From: Candidatus Levybacteria bacterium RIFCSPHIGHO2_01_FULL_36_15
GTDB taxonomy: Bacteria > Patescibacteriota > Microgenomatia > Levybacterales > GWA1-39-11
Direction of reading: 5' to 3'
DNA length: 60,396 nt
NCBI GenBank assembly: GCA_001782015.1
Contig: MFNJ01000047.1
Location: 13,912 to 74,307, forward strand
A model generated the notes under the pieces. It was not told the DNA's origin. It ran no database searches and saw nothing but the letters and a program-made list of their open reading frames with translations. A program made the position numbers and the translations under genes. Positions 40,004-49,425 of this stretch are shown in pieces. Every line of letters begins with the position of its first letter. Position 1 is the stretch's first letter.

Positions 40004-40129
40004 AATTTGCCTAAAACAAATCCTCAAGCTACCCACTTAACATTCCACTGATAAGTTAGTATCATCTAGGGTAGGACTACTATCCTATTTGGCTCTTTCA
40101 GGCAAGAAAGTTTTTACAACTGAAGACTT

Positions 40130-40369
40130 GGTAGTTATGTGGCAAGAAATTCAACTGTTACGATTGCCGCAACAGCGACTGATTTATCAGGAATCGCCAA
40201 AGTAGAATTTTATGTCAATAATATTTTAAGATGCACAGATACAACCACTGCTTATACTTGCAACTGGCTTGTGCCTGCTAAAAAAGGAGTGACTTATACT
40301 TTACAAGCTAAAGGTTATGATACAAAAGGAAATACTACTTCAACAAGCATCAGGGTAACTTCAAGATAA
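40130..40369 (+). pseudogene. Orphan Ig-like C-terminal domain downstream of the C1A gene
   Basis: GSYVARNSTVTIAATATD...VPAKKGVTYTLQAKGYD...VTSR* is homologous to the S8 and C1A tails; no signal peptide. Confidence 0.8.
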
Positions 40370-40432
40370 AGATTACTTCCAAACTTTAGCTTCAAAGTCA
40401 CACCGGGGGTGTCCAGTTACCTTTGTCAGTGA

Positions 40433-40575
40433 TTATTTACAAACAACAGTTATTTGATTTGCTGGTATGAGTTGTCCATCAGAAGGTAATGGCTCGCCAT
40501 TTAACCCTACCGCCTCACAATTTTGAGTTTGTGGTTGAGTTGTTGGGGTTGGTGGTTTATATATAGCAAGTGAAA
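40433..40575 (-). pseudogene. Possible orphan C-terminal fragment of a Pro/Thr-linker surface protein
   Basis: ...YKPPTPTTQPQTQNCEAVGLNGEPLPSDGQLIPANQITVVCK*; in-frame stop upstream and no start codon. Confidence 0.4.
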
Positions 40576-40692
40576 AACAAAATGGCAGATTTTAAATAAA
40601 TTGGCTTGCTTAATTTTATTGACCTATAGTTTGACAATTAGTGAATATCTATTTCTCTGTTTTTACCCCGTCACCAAAGACAATCTAGATTT

Positions 40693-41067
40693 GTGGGTAG
40701 CATTTTACATAATCACGCAGACATAGATCTTCCACCATCTCCTCCCGATCTTGGAGTGTTATTTCTGGACGAGTCATCAATAATATTATCTCCCTCCATT
40801 TTTGTGATTACAAAAGGAACGAAATTCGTAATTTTCAGGGGGCAGAATACGCCTCAATGGAGTGAGGATTTTGTTTCAGCAAAAACTGCAAGTTGGCTAT
40901 CACAGATTACTGAAAGAGCAAAACAATTTCAATATCAGGTCAATTCAAAAGAGGAAAATATATCTTTACATCGACGAGTTTACTCAGCTTTGCTTTCTCA
41001 AATTGCTGCAAAATATGATTTGAAGGTCTTTACATGTCCCACTAAACAAAATACTGTAAATAGATAG
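40693..41067 (+). CDS. Hypothetical protein or gene fragment
   Basis: 124-aa ORF with GTG start; no motif. Confidence 0.4.
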   Translation: MGSILHNHADIDLPPSPPDLGVLFLDESSIILSPSIFVITKGTKFVIFRGQNTPQWSEDFVSAKTASWLSQITERAKQFQYQVNSKEENISLHRRVYSALLSQIAAKYDLKVFTCPTKQNTVNR

Positions 41068-41121
41068 TTTGAAATCCTATAACAGCGGTGGTAAAATAGC
41101 GCAGTCGTTCGGAATTAAAAT

Positions 41122-42075
41122 ATGATGACAACTCAAGAAACAAAACCGTACATTAAAGAACTTATTGACCAGGCAAATGGGGCAGGGTTTTTGGCAATCC
41201 GCGCGCAGGGAATACTGGCAGAGCAGGATATTAAACTGCCTATTCGCGAGGCGCAGGAACACGAACCCGGCCATGAACTTTTAAGCAAAAAAGATTTTGG
41301 CCTTGTTCCGATCTCGATAGGTTTAGTAAAAAGTCAGATAGATTCCAGTAAGTGGGTTCCGGCAGAAGCAGTGGTTTTTGATGGAGTGCCAATTATTTCC
41401 TCTGTTCAGCAGGAAGTCGTTCATCGCGCAGCAATTATGGGTGAATCTTTTGCTTCAAAAGTACATCCGTTTACACAGGAATCTATAGGTAATGAGAATG
41501 ATCCTACGATAAACATATATGGCTTTCCGGGAAATGTTTTAAGATGGTCGATGGGAACAGGTTATTCGGATAAGCTTGCCGATCCTGTCTTTACATTCCA
41601 TTTTAGCCGAATTAAATCCCAGTTTCATCCCTCATTTGTTGTAAGAGACGGGAAAAGGATTTATGTACCAAATGAAGAAGAACTGGAAAACCTCGGATAT
41701 ACAGAAGAAGGGAAGAGAAGACTCGTGAGCCTTGGACTTATGACCAGAATCGTCAGTTTTGCCAATGGAAGCGAACGCGTACAGATTAATCCCGCCTCAT
41801 GCCAGATGATAGTTGTTTTGGATGAAAAAGATAAAACTTTTAAGGCAAAAACAGGCGAGCCGGTTACAGGAATTTATTATTCACTTCAGGGAATAAAAGC
41901 AGTTGCGGCAAATTCCCATCTGGTTGACCTAAGCCAACTTAGGAATTTTAACGGTGACTATTCTGCTGTTTCAGAAGAAGTTGCTCGGTTATGCAAAGAC
42001 ACAATTGCCCGTGATCTTGCCAAAAGAAATAACGTAACTACCGCAGCCCGCGCCGCGTCCCAGATTTTTGAGTAA
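41122..42075 (+). CDS. Hypothetical protein
   Basis: 317-aa ORF; no motif recognised. Confidence 0.7.
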   Translation: MMTTQETKPYIKELIDQANGAGFLAIRAQGILAEQDIKLPIREAQEHEPGHELLSKKDFGLVPISIGLVKSQIDSSKWVPAEAVVFDGVPIISSVQQEVVHRAAIMGESFASKVHPFTQESIGNENDPTINIYGFPGNVLRWSMGTGYSDKLADPVFTFHFSRIKSQFHPSFVVRDGKRIYVPNEEELENLGYTEEGKRRLVSLGLMTRIVSFANGSERVQINPASCQMIVVLDEKDKTFKAKTGEPVTGIYYSLQGIKAVAANSHLVDLSQLRNFNGDYSAVSEEVARLCKDTIARDLAKRNNVTTAARAASQIFE

Positions 42076-42179
42076 AGCATCTTTACAAACAGCGTCTTTA
42101 ATCTAATAGTTTTGATAAGAATGATAATTCTGGTTAAACTGCCGGTAGGATTAATATTACGGACATCATTTCTGTATTT

Positions 42180-43835
42180 TTATTGACAACTAAAAGGTGG
42201 TATGCCAACTCTGGCGGTACAGGAATAACTTGAACAGCATGAAGCACCAACAAGAGGTACGCATGCTGGCACTATAATATTTCCGCTTTGGTCTGTATAT
42301 GATGGCGGAACGCAATTATTGACTGTAAATACATTACTGTCTACAATCGGTTGGAATCCATTGTAGATTTTTGCTACTACCTGACCAATATTGGTAGGAG
42401 GTTGTGTGAAGTAGTAAGTGTATGTTGTTTGATTTGAACTGGTTGAGAAATATCCTGAATTCAATAGGGTTCCATCAGGCCTCATGAATTGAACAGTATA
42501 ATTATTTAAAGAAAGTAATCCGCCAGTTCTTAAAGAGAAATTTGTTATAACCGGATCTCCGGAAACAGGATCCACGATTGCTGCAGGGCCTGGCGGAAGT
42601 GTAGGAGTTGGAGTAATGGTACCAAACGGTATTTGAGTAGGAGTGGGGGTATTGGTTGGTTTGAGAGTAGGTGTAGGAGTGGGGGTTAGTGTATTTGTGG
42701 GCCTTGGAGTAACAGTCGATATAGGTGTGTTTGTGGGTGTGGGTGTGTAAGTAGGCGGAATGGGTGTAGGAGTTGCTGTAGGAATAGGTAAAATTAAAGC
42801 AAAATTGCAAAGCGCAGTATTGTTCGGAGACACAGTAAACATTCCTAAATTATTTAGAGCGGTTACTCCAGCCTGCTCTGTTCTGAATGCAAAATTGCTG
42901 CCTATAAGAACCTCGCTTCCTCCCTGAGGACTAACGTAAGCGCTGTAAGTGTGGCTAGTGATATCTACCACCATTCTAAAACTATAAGAAACATTTGCGC
43001 TGTAGGGTATTTTGTTCACGGCTGAATATGCTCCTCCGTTTCTTGCATCAATAAATCCATTTGTATTGAACCTGACACTAGCAGCAAGATTTGTGTAGCT
43101 GGTGGCTGCTGAGTTAGATAGCCCGATAACACCGTTTTGTATTCCGTCTGGTTTAGCATCAAATTTAACAGTAAAAGAATCTGTTTGGGATAAAAACGTT
43201 TTATTTTGCCATGTATCCGAGCTTGTGAGACAAGCAATATTTGGATTAACTATAATAGCAGTTGTTTGATAACTGTATGGGATTTCTAAGGAATCAAAAC
43301 TTACCAGTTGCATGTCTTGAGGAAGAACTGATAAGGTGGTTGACCCGCTAATATTTGAAGAAGCGGTAGTGAAAATAAGTTGAGCAAGTTCAAATATACC
43401 GGTGGGAGAAGCAGTATTGGGAGTCTGAGCAAGTACCAGAATGATATTGCCGGTAGTGTTGGCTTCAGCCTTTGAAGTTTTTAAGACTGTTGTTTTTAAC
43501 GGAGAATTAGAAGTGTCAACTTCATTAATAAGTTGAATATAATTCGGATCAAAACGGATACTTACTCTTGTGAAGGCAACTTTATTTGATTTAGCATCCA
43601 GCATAAGCTTAAATGATGTGTCCGGCGGTAATATTGCTGAAGATGGAATAAATAAAAATTGCGCGCTCTCAATCGCTGCTGAAGACCGATTATTGGTTGT
43701 CTGCTTGACTAATAATACAGTCGTAATCAATCCAACCAGTAATACAAGTATTATTGAATAACTTAATAATGTACTTGCTTTGAAAGAACCTATTCTTGTG
43801 AACATATTATTTTTTGTTTTTGCATTAATACTCAT
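42180..43835 (-). CDS. Membrane-anchored surface protein: cohesin-like domain, ~146-aa beta module, Pro/Thr linker, Cys-rich tail
   Basis: TM + LVKQTTNNRSSA; FKLMLDA...VSIRFDPNYIQL...ELAQLIFT resembles cohesin; module shared with 57684. Confidence 0.7.
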   Translation of the reverse strand: MSINAKTKNNMFTRIGSFKASTLLSYSIILVLLVGLITTVLLVKQTTNNRSSAAIESAQFLFIPSSAILPPDTSFKLMLDAKSNKVAFTRVSIRFDPNYIQLINEVDTSNSPLKTTVLKTSKAEANTTGNIILVLAQTPNTASPTGIFELAQLIFTTASSNISGSTTLSVLPQDMQLVSFDSLEIPYSYQTTAIIVNPNIACLTSSDTWQNKTFLSQTDSFTVKFDAKPDGIQNGVIGLSNSAATSYTNLAASVRFNTNGFIDARNGGAYSAVNKIPYSANVSYSFRMVVDITSHTYSAYVSPQGGSEVLIGSNFAFRTEQAGVTALNNLGMFTVSPNNTALCNFALILPIPTATPTPIPPTYTPTPTNTPISTVTPRPTNTLTPTPTPTLKPTNTPTPTQIPFGTITPTPTLPPGPAAIVDPVSGDPVITNFSLRTGGLLSLNNYTVQFMRPDGTLLNSGYFSTSSNQTTYTYYFTQPPTNIGQVVAKIYNGFQPIVDSNVFTVNNCVPPSYTDQSGNIIVPACVPLVGASCCSSYSCTARVGIPPFSCQ

Positions 43836-43901
43836 AGATTACTATACCAAAAATATCTCCCTGTTATCTTTGTTTGTCAAGCTCTACCCATAGGTTTAAT
43901 T

Positions 43902-46900
43902 TTAATTCTTCACATTTGGATCAGTATTATTTAAATATTCTTCAAGGTCAGTATAGCCATCATTATCATAATCACTACTTGAGTTACTGGCTGAACCGCG
44001 GCTAGTATTGCCGAAATTTGCCACTTCCCAGTTATCTGCCATACCATCATAATCGCTGTCAGTATAAGGCGTCCCAGAAGCAATGGTCGGCCAGCCGCCC
44101 GGAGCACTTTTGGTACAGCCAGTCACGCAATCAATAATCTGTCCGGTTTTAGTTCTGACCTCACTCACAACCCGTTGATCCACCACATCCCTTTGCGGCA
44201 GAGTAGCGCCAGCTTGGTTTAAAACTATCTCATAAGATGTGTCCGCATCGTAGGTTGTTACTCCTGTTGGGGCAAAAGGAGCAGATGCCTCCAGTTGTGA
44301 CCTTGAATACCTACTGTCATTTCCCACCAAAGCCCATTCATCCAGAGTATTATTAGGACGCTGTGGACCAATATTGCCTTTGATATAGAGTTTTGATAGT
44401 ATCATATCTGATGCCAGATAAATCTCAGCTGGGTTTATATCCTTAATAATGTATTTATTGTTGATAATATCGTAATACCGCAGTACACTTGCAGAATAAT
44501 AAGTATTTCCCGCAACCACTCTTGTACCACTATCAAAATAATCATACATTACATTGTTTATGACCTGTACCTTAGGTTGATTGCTGCCTTTATCGCTTAA
44601 CTGAGGGCTCCGTCTCTTGCAGTGGGCATATAAGTTATGATGAACTGAGACATTGGTATTTCCTCTTATAAGAGAACAAAACCCATGTTCGCCGTCAACA
44701 TGACCGGCATTGTTAAGCGGCTCACTGATGATACTCCATTGGATAGAAACATCTTTTGAATCAGCAGCTGAGAAAGTCTCGTCAATGCTCCAGGAGGCTG
44801 AAACATGATCAAAGATAACATTTGATGCTCCTCCCAGATAAACAGTATCCTTATCAGCGGCCATATCCCCTAAACGGATTCTAATGTGTCGGATTATCAC
44901 ATCGTTTGTTTTTACAATCAGGGCGCCTCCCTTAAGAGTGATCCCGCCTCCAGGAGCTGATTGTCCTGCAATAGTAATATAAGGATTGCCAATGGAAAGA
45001 TCAGAACTTAGATTGATAATTCCTGCTACTTTGAAAACAACTGTTCTGGGTCCTGAAGCTGTAATTGCTGCCCGCAAGCTGCCTGTGCCTGTGTCGTTTA
45101 AATTGGTGACTTCAATTACTCTACCGCCCCTTCCACCAAGAGTATTAGCGCCAAATCCTTCCGCTCCTGGGAAAGATTTCAGTCCACTAGATGTTGGGGG
45201 AAGCGTTGGTATGGATGTTGGTTGTGGAGTAACAGTAGGTGTTGAGGTGGGAGTGGAAGTAGCGGTTGGTGTAGTAGGAGTGGGGGTTAAGATTGTTGGA
45301 ATGGGCGTGGTAGGTGTTGTTCCATAATTACTTAACCAGATAGCATAATCTATACCGTTTGTTTTTCCACTGCAGTTGAAATCGCCACCGCCTGGGCCAT
45401 TATTGGTCTGAGTGTTATAGTTGGAAAGCCAAATGTTGTAATCGGTCAGGTTAATATATCCATCACTATTTGCGTCACCCATATTTGACATGCAGGAAGT
45501 AGGCGTAGTGGTTGGGGTTAAGGTGATAGTAGGCGTTATGGGAGTTGATGTAGGAGTAGCATAAACAGCCTGAGATTGTTTCAAATGATCAAGATCAGGC
45601 CCCTCATAGCCAATAGTTGTTAATTGCACATTATTAACTCCTGCATTAAGCTGTGCTGTGTAAGATAAGGTACTCCAATTTGTCCAAGTCCCAGTGGAAG
45701 GAAATTTTAAGCCAGAGTTTATTATGTTGTTATTGACGCTTAATTTTAAAGGACGATCAGCCGCTCCCAAGACATACCTGAATGTTAAGATATAATTCCC
45801 TGCAGAAGGCGCTGTCACATTGGTCCAAGTAACAGAACCGTCACTTTTAGCTGTATAATTGACTTCGCCATTACCAGTGTAACCTGGGTGTGACGTAGAA
45901 AATACTGCTCCGGACAGAACAGCATTTTCTGCCTCATAAAGTCCAGTATTTTGAGAAGGAGTAGGTGTAGGGGTAAAGGTTGGTATTCTTGTCGGCGTGA
46001 TGGTAGGTGTGGAAGTTGGTGTACCGCTTGGTTTAACCGTGGGAGTAGGAGTAGAAACTGATCCTTTTGTGAATGTACGTGTCCACTGTGGAGTTGTGAC
46101 TCCTTGTTTATAGAAGCTGACTGTCATGTTTTCTCCGTTGATATCGATTGCGCTGAACCCATACGCAACAAGGCAATAGTCTGGGTTTCTTGAAGCTGTA
46201 CAGCCTGCAGATTGTAAAACTCCTGCTGATCCTGTTATGAACTGTTCAAATGGGTGGGTAATTTCTGATCTTCGTGAGCTGTCCATGTGCACCCAGGCTT
46301 CAAGATGTTCATGACCATGGAAAGAAGCGGTAAAAACAGGGTGTTTGTTAAGCATGTTTAAAAGCGCGGCCGGAGCAACAGAGCTGGTGTGGTTGGCCAC
46401 ATAATACATTGGTCCGTGGAAAAAGACAAAAGCATGTATAATTTCAGGATGGTTTTGCTCGGCGTCAGTGAGTCTTTGGTCAATGAAAGCTATCTGGGCA
46501 GAGGTGATGAGTTTTGAATCTCCAGGAACATCAACGCCGATAAAGCGAGCATTGTCATAATCGAAGGAGTATGTTAAGTTAGTGCTTAAGGTAGTGTAAT
46601 TGCGAGCCCCTACAGTGGCAGCAGTATTGAGAAAATTGAAATAATTTGCCCAGTTACCGGCGCTGCCCGCAAGATGATCATCATGATTTCCCCTGATAAT
46701 AAAAGTTTTATATATCGTGCCATTATTTGTTCCTCCATTTAAAGCTGCTGTCCAATCTTCAATAGTCGGAGTAGCGCAGCCTAAAGTTCCTGCTTTGCAA
46801 AATCCATCAGACTGTAAATCCCCGGTATAAATAGTAAAGACAGGCTGAACAGATAATGCTTTTACTTGAGCAGAAAGACTTTTAAGAATTGACGTGCCTC

Positions 46901-47030
46901 CTTTGGTATCGCCCCAAGAAACAAATCTGAAAGCAGCATGAGCATTAGCCGGCATGAAACTGAGAAAGATTACAGCAGTCAAAAGAGACAATAGAATCTT
47001 GAATTGTGACGCGATTATTTTATTCTTCAT
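43902..47030 (-). CDS. Secreted multidomain enzyme: metallophosphoesterase, CBM6/35-like module, dockerin, pectate lyase (PL1-like)
   Basis: WGDT, TGDL, RGNHD, FHGHEH; YEAENAVLSG; GDANSDGYINLTD/GDFNCSGKTNGID; SFPGAEGFG..TLGGRGG, FDHVSASWSIDE, RSP. Confidence 0.88.
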   Translation of the reverse strand: MKNKIIASQFKILLSLLTAVIFLSFMPANAHAAFRFVSWGDTKGGTSILKSLSAQVKALSVQPVFTIYTGDLQSDGFCKAGTLGCATPTIEDWTAALNGGTNNGTIYKTFIIRGNHDDHLAGSAGNWANYFNFLNTAATVGARNYTTLSTNLTYSFDYDNARFIGVDVPGDSKLITSAQIAFIDQRLTDAEQNHPEIIHAFVFFHGPMYYVANHTSSVAPAALLNMLNKHPVFTASFHGHEHLEAWVHMDSSRRSEITHPFEQFITGSAGVLQSAGCTASRNPDYCLVAYGFSAIDINGENMTVSFYKQGVTTPQWTRTFTKGSVSTPTPTVKPSGTPTSTPTITPTRIPTFTPTPTPSQNTGLYEAENAVLSGAVFSTSHPGYTGNGEVNYTAKSDGSVTWTNVTAPSAGNYILTFRYVLGAADRPLKLSVNNNIINSGLKFPSTGTWTNWSTLSYTAQLNAGVNNVQLTTIGYEGPDLDHLKQSQAVYATPTSTPITPTITLTPTTTPTSCMSNMGDANSDGYINLTDYNIWLSNYNTQTNNGPGGGDFNCSGKTNGIDYAIWLSNYGTTPTTPIPTILTPTPTTPTATSTPTSTPTVTPQPTSIPTLPPTSSGLKSFPGAEGFGANTLGGRGGRVIEVTNLNDTGTGSLRAAITASGPRTVVFKVAGIINLSSDLSIGNPYITIAGQSAPGGGITLKGGALIVKTNDVIIRHIRIRLGDMAADKDTVYLGGASNVIFDHVSASWSIDETFSAADSKDVSIQWSIISEPLNNAGHVDGEHGFCSLIRGNTNVSVHHNLYAHCKRRSPQLSDKGSNQPKVQVINNVMYDYFDSGTRVVAGNTYYSASVLRYYDIINNKYIIKDINPAEIYLASDMILSKLYIKGNIGPQRPNNTLDEWALVGNDSRYSRSQLEASAPFAPTGVTTYDADTSYEIVLNQAGATLPQRDVVDQRVVSEVRTKTGQIIDCVTGCTKSAPGGWPTIASGTPYTDSDYDGMADNWEVANFGNTSRGSASNSSSDYDNDGYTDLEEYLNNTDPNVKN

Positions 47031-47544
47031 CTTCCTCCTCATTTTCTATCTGTGCGATCATCGGATAAATATCCGCGCTGATCTTTGTGTAAAATTGTTT
47101 GTCATCTCTTATGAGAGACATGCTTAATTTTAAGTTTCCTTTTTGAGCATAATACTCTTGAATAGTGGAACTATTAGTATCCGCAGGCCTGACCTGAATA
47201 ATCCATCCTGCCGGATCTAGTTGATTTGCGTACCACCGAGAAATTTCCTGAAGGGTAGCATCAGATTTCCAAGTGGCCAGATACTTGATTTGTTGGTTTA
47301 TCTGTACTGTTGAAGAATCCAATAAAATTGCGTTAGGATAAAGGGGTATTTGAGGAAAGTCCTTAACCAGTTTTACTTCATGTGACACTAGTTGTTGATT
47401 AAAATTAGTCTGGGGCTTAACAAAGAATAGTAATAGAAGGATTATTGCGACTAATGCCAAGAATACAATTGGAGTAACATTTTTTTGGGGAGCAGGTATA
47501 GGGTTCTTATTTATAGCCTGTTCTTTTGTTATATCTTCTTCCAT
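47020..47544 (-). CDS. Single-TM hypothetical protein, overlapping the start of the lyase gene
   Basis: TM at aa ~25-42; DFPQIPLYPNA...WY..QL...GW. Confidence 0.75.
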   Translation of the reverse strand: MEEDITKEQAINKNPIPAPQKNVTPIVFLALVAIILLLLFFVKPQTNFNQQLVSHEVKLVKDFPQIPLYPNAILLDSSTVQINQQIKYLATWKSDATLQEISRWYANQLDPAGWIIQVRPADTNSSTIQEYYAQKGNLKLSMSLIRDDKQFYTKISADIYPMIAQIENEEEDEE

Positions 47545-47774
47545 GCTAGTTTTATAATGTCTTGTTTTTTTGAATAAAAAAACGTGCTAATTTATTTTTA
47601 TTGATAATTACTTATTTTGTCAATAGCCAAGATAAGCAATAAACGTTAATAGGATTGTCATATTGTCTAAAATAGACATGCGCCTTTTAACGCGTTTATG
47701 TTATTATTTGTTGTAATAAGAGAGTTAGACTAGGTTCGGCGAGATTGACTTAAAGGCTTTATTTTATAATGCCA

Positions 47775-48545
47775 CTATTTTAAAAATACAAGGAAAAATA
47801 TGATTGCCGCAATAATTCTATATATACCAAAAGGTATAAATGTATATCTTTTTATATAGTAAAGCATCCATTTAATGACTGCCAGGGCTACAATAAATGA
47901 AACTACAAAACCAAAGATAAGTATTTCAATTTGTGAAAAAGAAAAAGAGTGAGCACTTTTTGCAAGGTCCAGGCCGGTTGCGGCCAGCATGGTTGGAATA
48001 GCAAGGATAAAAGAAAATTCAACAGCAGATGATCTGGTGAGGCCGGTAAAAAGACCTCCAATTATAGTGGCAGCCGCGCGGGAGACTCCGGGAATTATGG
48101 AAAATGACTGAAAAAGTCCAATGAAAAAAGCATTCTTATAAGATAAGGTACTTAAGTCTTTTTCCTGGGTTTTTTTCTTAAAGTGAAGTTCAAAAAAGAT
48201 TAACAATATGCCTCCCACTAGTAATGACATTACTGTAACAAGCGAATTTCCTATCAGATAATTTTTGATTACTTTATAAAGAACAAGGCCAATTATTCCC
48301 GTAGGAATGAATGCTATGATTGTTTTTTTAAGCAACTCTTTATTTTTTAATATCATTTCAAGATATAGTGCGACAACGGCCAGAATTGCCCCTGATTGAA
48401 TAATAATTTCAAAACTCTTTACAAAATCAGTTTCCGCAATCTTCAGAATCGCGGAGGCAAGCGTCATGTGTCCGGTTGAGGATATGGGAAGAAATTCAGT
48501 TAGTCCTTCAATGACTGATAAGATAAAGGCTTGAGATAAATTCAT
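47775..48545 (-). CDS. uppP: Undecaprenyl-diphosphate phosphatase
   Basis: IEGLTEFLPISSTGH, IPGVSRAAATI, EFSFILAIP. Confidence 0.96.
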   Translation of the reverse strand: MNLSQAFILSVIEGLTEFLPISSTGHMTLASAILKIAETDFVKSFEIIIQSGAILAVVALYLEMILKNKELLKKTIIAFIPTGIIGLVLYKVIKNYLIGNSLVTVMSLLVGGILLIFFELHFKKKTQEKDLSTLSYKNAFFIGLFQSFSIIPGVSRAAATIIGGLFTGLTRSSAVEFSFILAIPTMLAATGLDLAKSAHSFSFSQIEILIFGFVVSFIVALAVIKWMLYYIKRYTFIPFGIYRIIAAIIFFLVFLK

Positions 48546-48606
48546 GTTTTATTATTTTAACATATTTCAAGATCAAAAATAAAAATTCAAAAAGCAAAAA
48601 CTAGAA

Positions 48607-48701
48607 GTTATTTCAAAACCTCCGTTTCTTGTCATTCTGAACTTGTTTCAGAATCTCAGAAGATGCTGAAATGAATTCAGCATGACAGGTATTGAAATAG
48701 G
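48607..48701. repeat. Nested palindromic element (GTCATTCTGAA...TTCAGCATGAC inside an outer IR, flanked by heptamer arrays)
   Basis: Inner 48631-48686 matches 438-493; outer tatttcaaaacct/aggtattgaaata. Confidence 0.85.
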
Positions 48702-48789
48702 CACTAGTTAAAAATTCCAAGATTTGAGTTTTGAGCTTTACTCACTATAAGATCTTGACTTTCATTTTTCACGGTAATATTATATATCT

Positions 48790-49030
48790 GCTCTTGAGTG
48801 TGTAAGGAAAGCAGCATGTTTTCCTCTACACTTTTCTCGACCTTTGGGGTAGTGCCCCGATTATCGGGGACAACGAGACAGGTTTTGATACTCCGTGGAG
48901 TATTAAGCAGTCTTCCCAATTTGAATTCGGGGAATCACTGTTTTCTGTACCACTTAAGGGCAGAATTTATTAAATCTATAACTAAAACAGGCAGATGAGC
49001 AAGCTTTAATTACAAAGCTCAGGGGGTATT
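48790..49030 (+). ncRNA. Candidate structured non-coding RNA, family not recognised
   Basis: Promoter TTGACT(48755)-17-TATTAT(48778); five or more consecutive hairpins with G-U pairs; 5' ctcttgag can pair with 3' ctcagggg; T-rich end. Confidence 0.45.
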
Positions 49031-49155
49031 TTTATTTAAATTCCACTTAAAATATACTTTTCGACCCCCATAAACTTAAATCCAGTTTTTATTCCGGTAC
49101 TTTCTTGCAAAATTTGTTATAATTTTGTCTAGAAGTTCAAATTCCTAAATATTAA

Positions 49156-49386
49156 GCCGTCTTAGCTCAGTGGCCCCGAAAAAGCTTACTTCAGCTTCCG
49201 TTGAAGAGCGCTTAACGGGGTAAATGGAGTAGCAGTTTTGCTTGGGCACGTTAATGCCGCCCTAGCTCAATGGTAGAGCAGCTGTTTTGTAAACAGCAGG
49301 TTCACGGTTCGAATCCGTGGGGCGGCTCTCATAGCCCATTTTACGTGCTAAACAGCAGGTCGTCCCGCTTAGCGGGACAGACGGCT
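49156..49386 (+). pseudogene. Decayed outer tRNA-Thr(TGT), split at the anticodon (5' half 49156-49240, 3' half 49349-49386)
   Basis: Acceptor gccgtct/agacggc perfect; D stem gctc/gagt; anticodon loop tttg|taa; T stem gtccc/gggac with a non-canonical loop; 47-nt hairpin inserted in the D loop. Confidence 0.75.
49256..49327 (+). tRNA. tRNA-Thr(TGT)
   Basis: Acceptor gccgccc/gggcggc, anticodon arm gctgt-ttTGTaa-acagc, T-arm cacgg-ttcgaat-ccgtg. Confidence 0.96.
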
Positions 49387-49425
49387 CAAAAGTTGGCAGG
49401 TGCCTGGTCTTCGATCAAATCGGAA

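Noticed and set aside
48804-48816. SRP RNA or RNase P RNA call from aaggaaagcagc
   Set aside because: Lacks the SRP helix-8 partner strand and the RNase P GAGGAAAGUCC and P4 sequences
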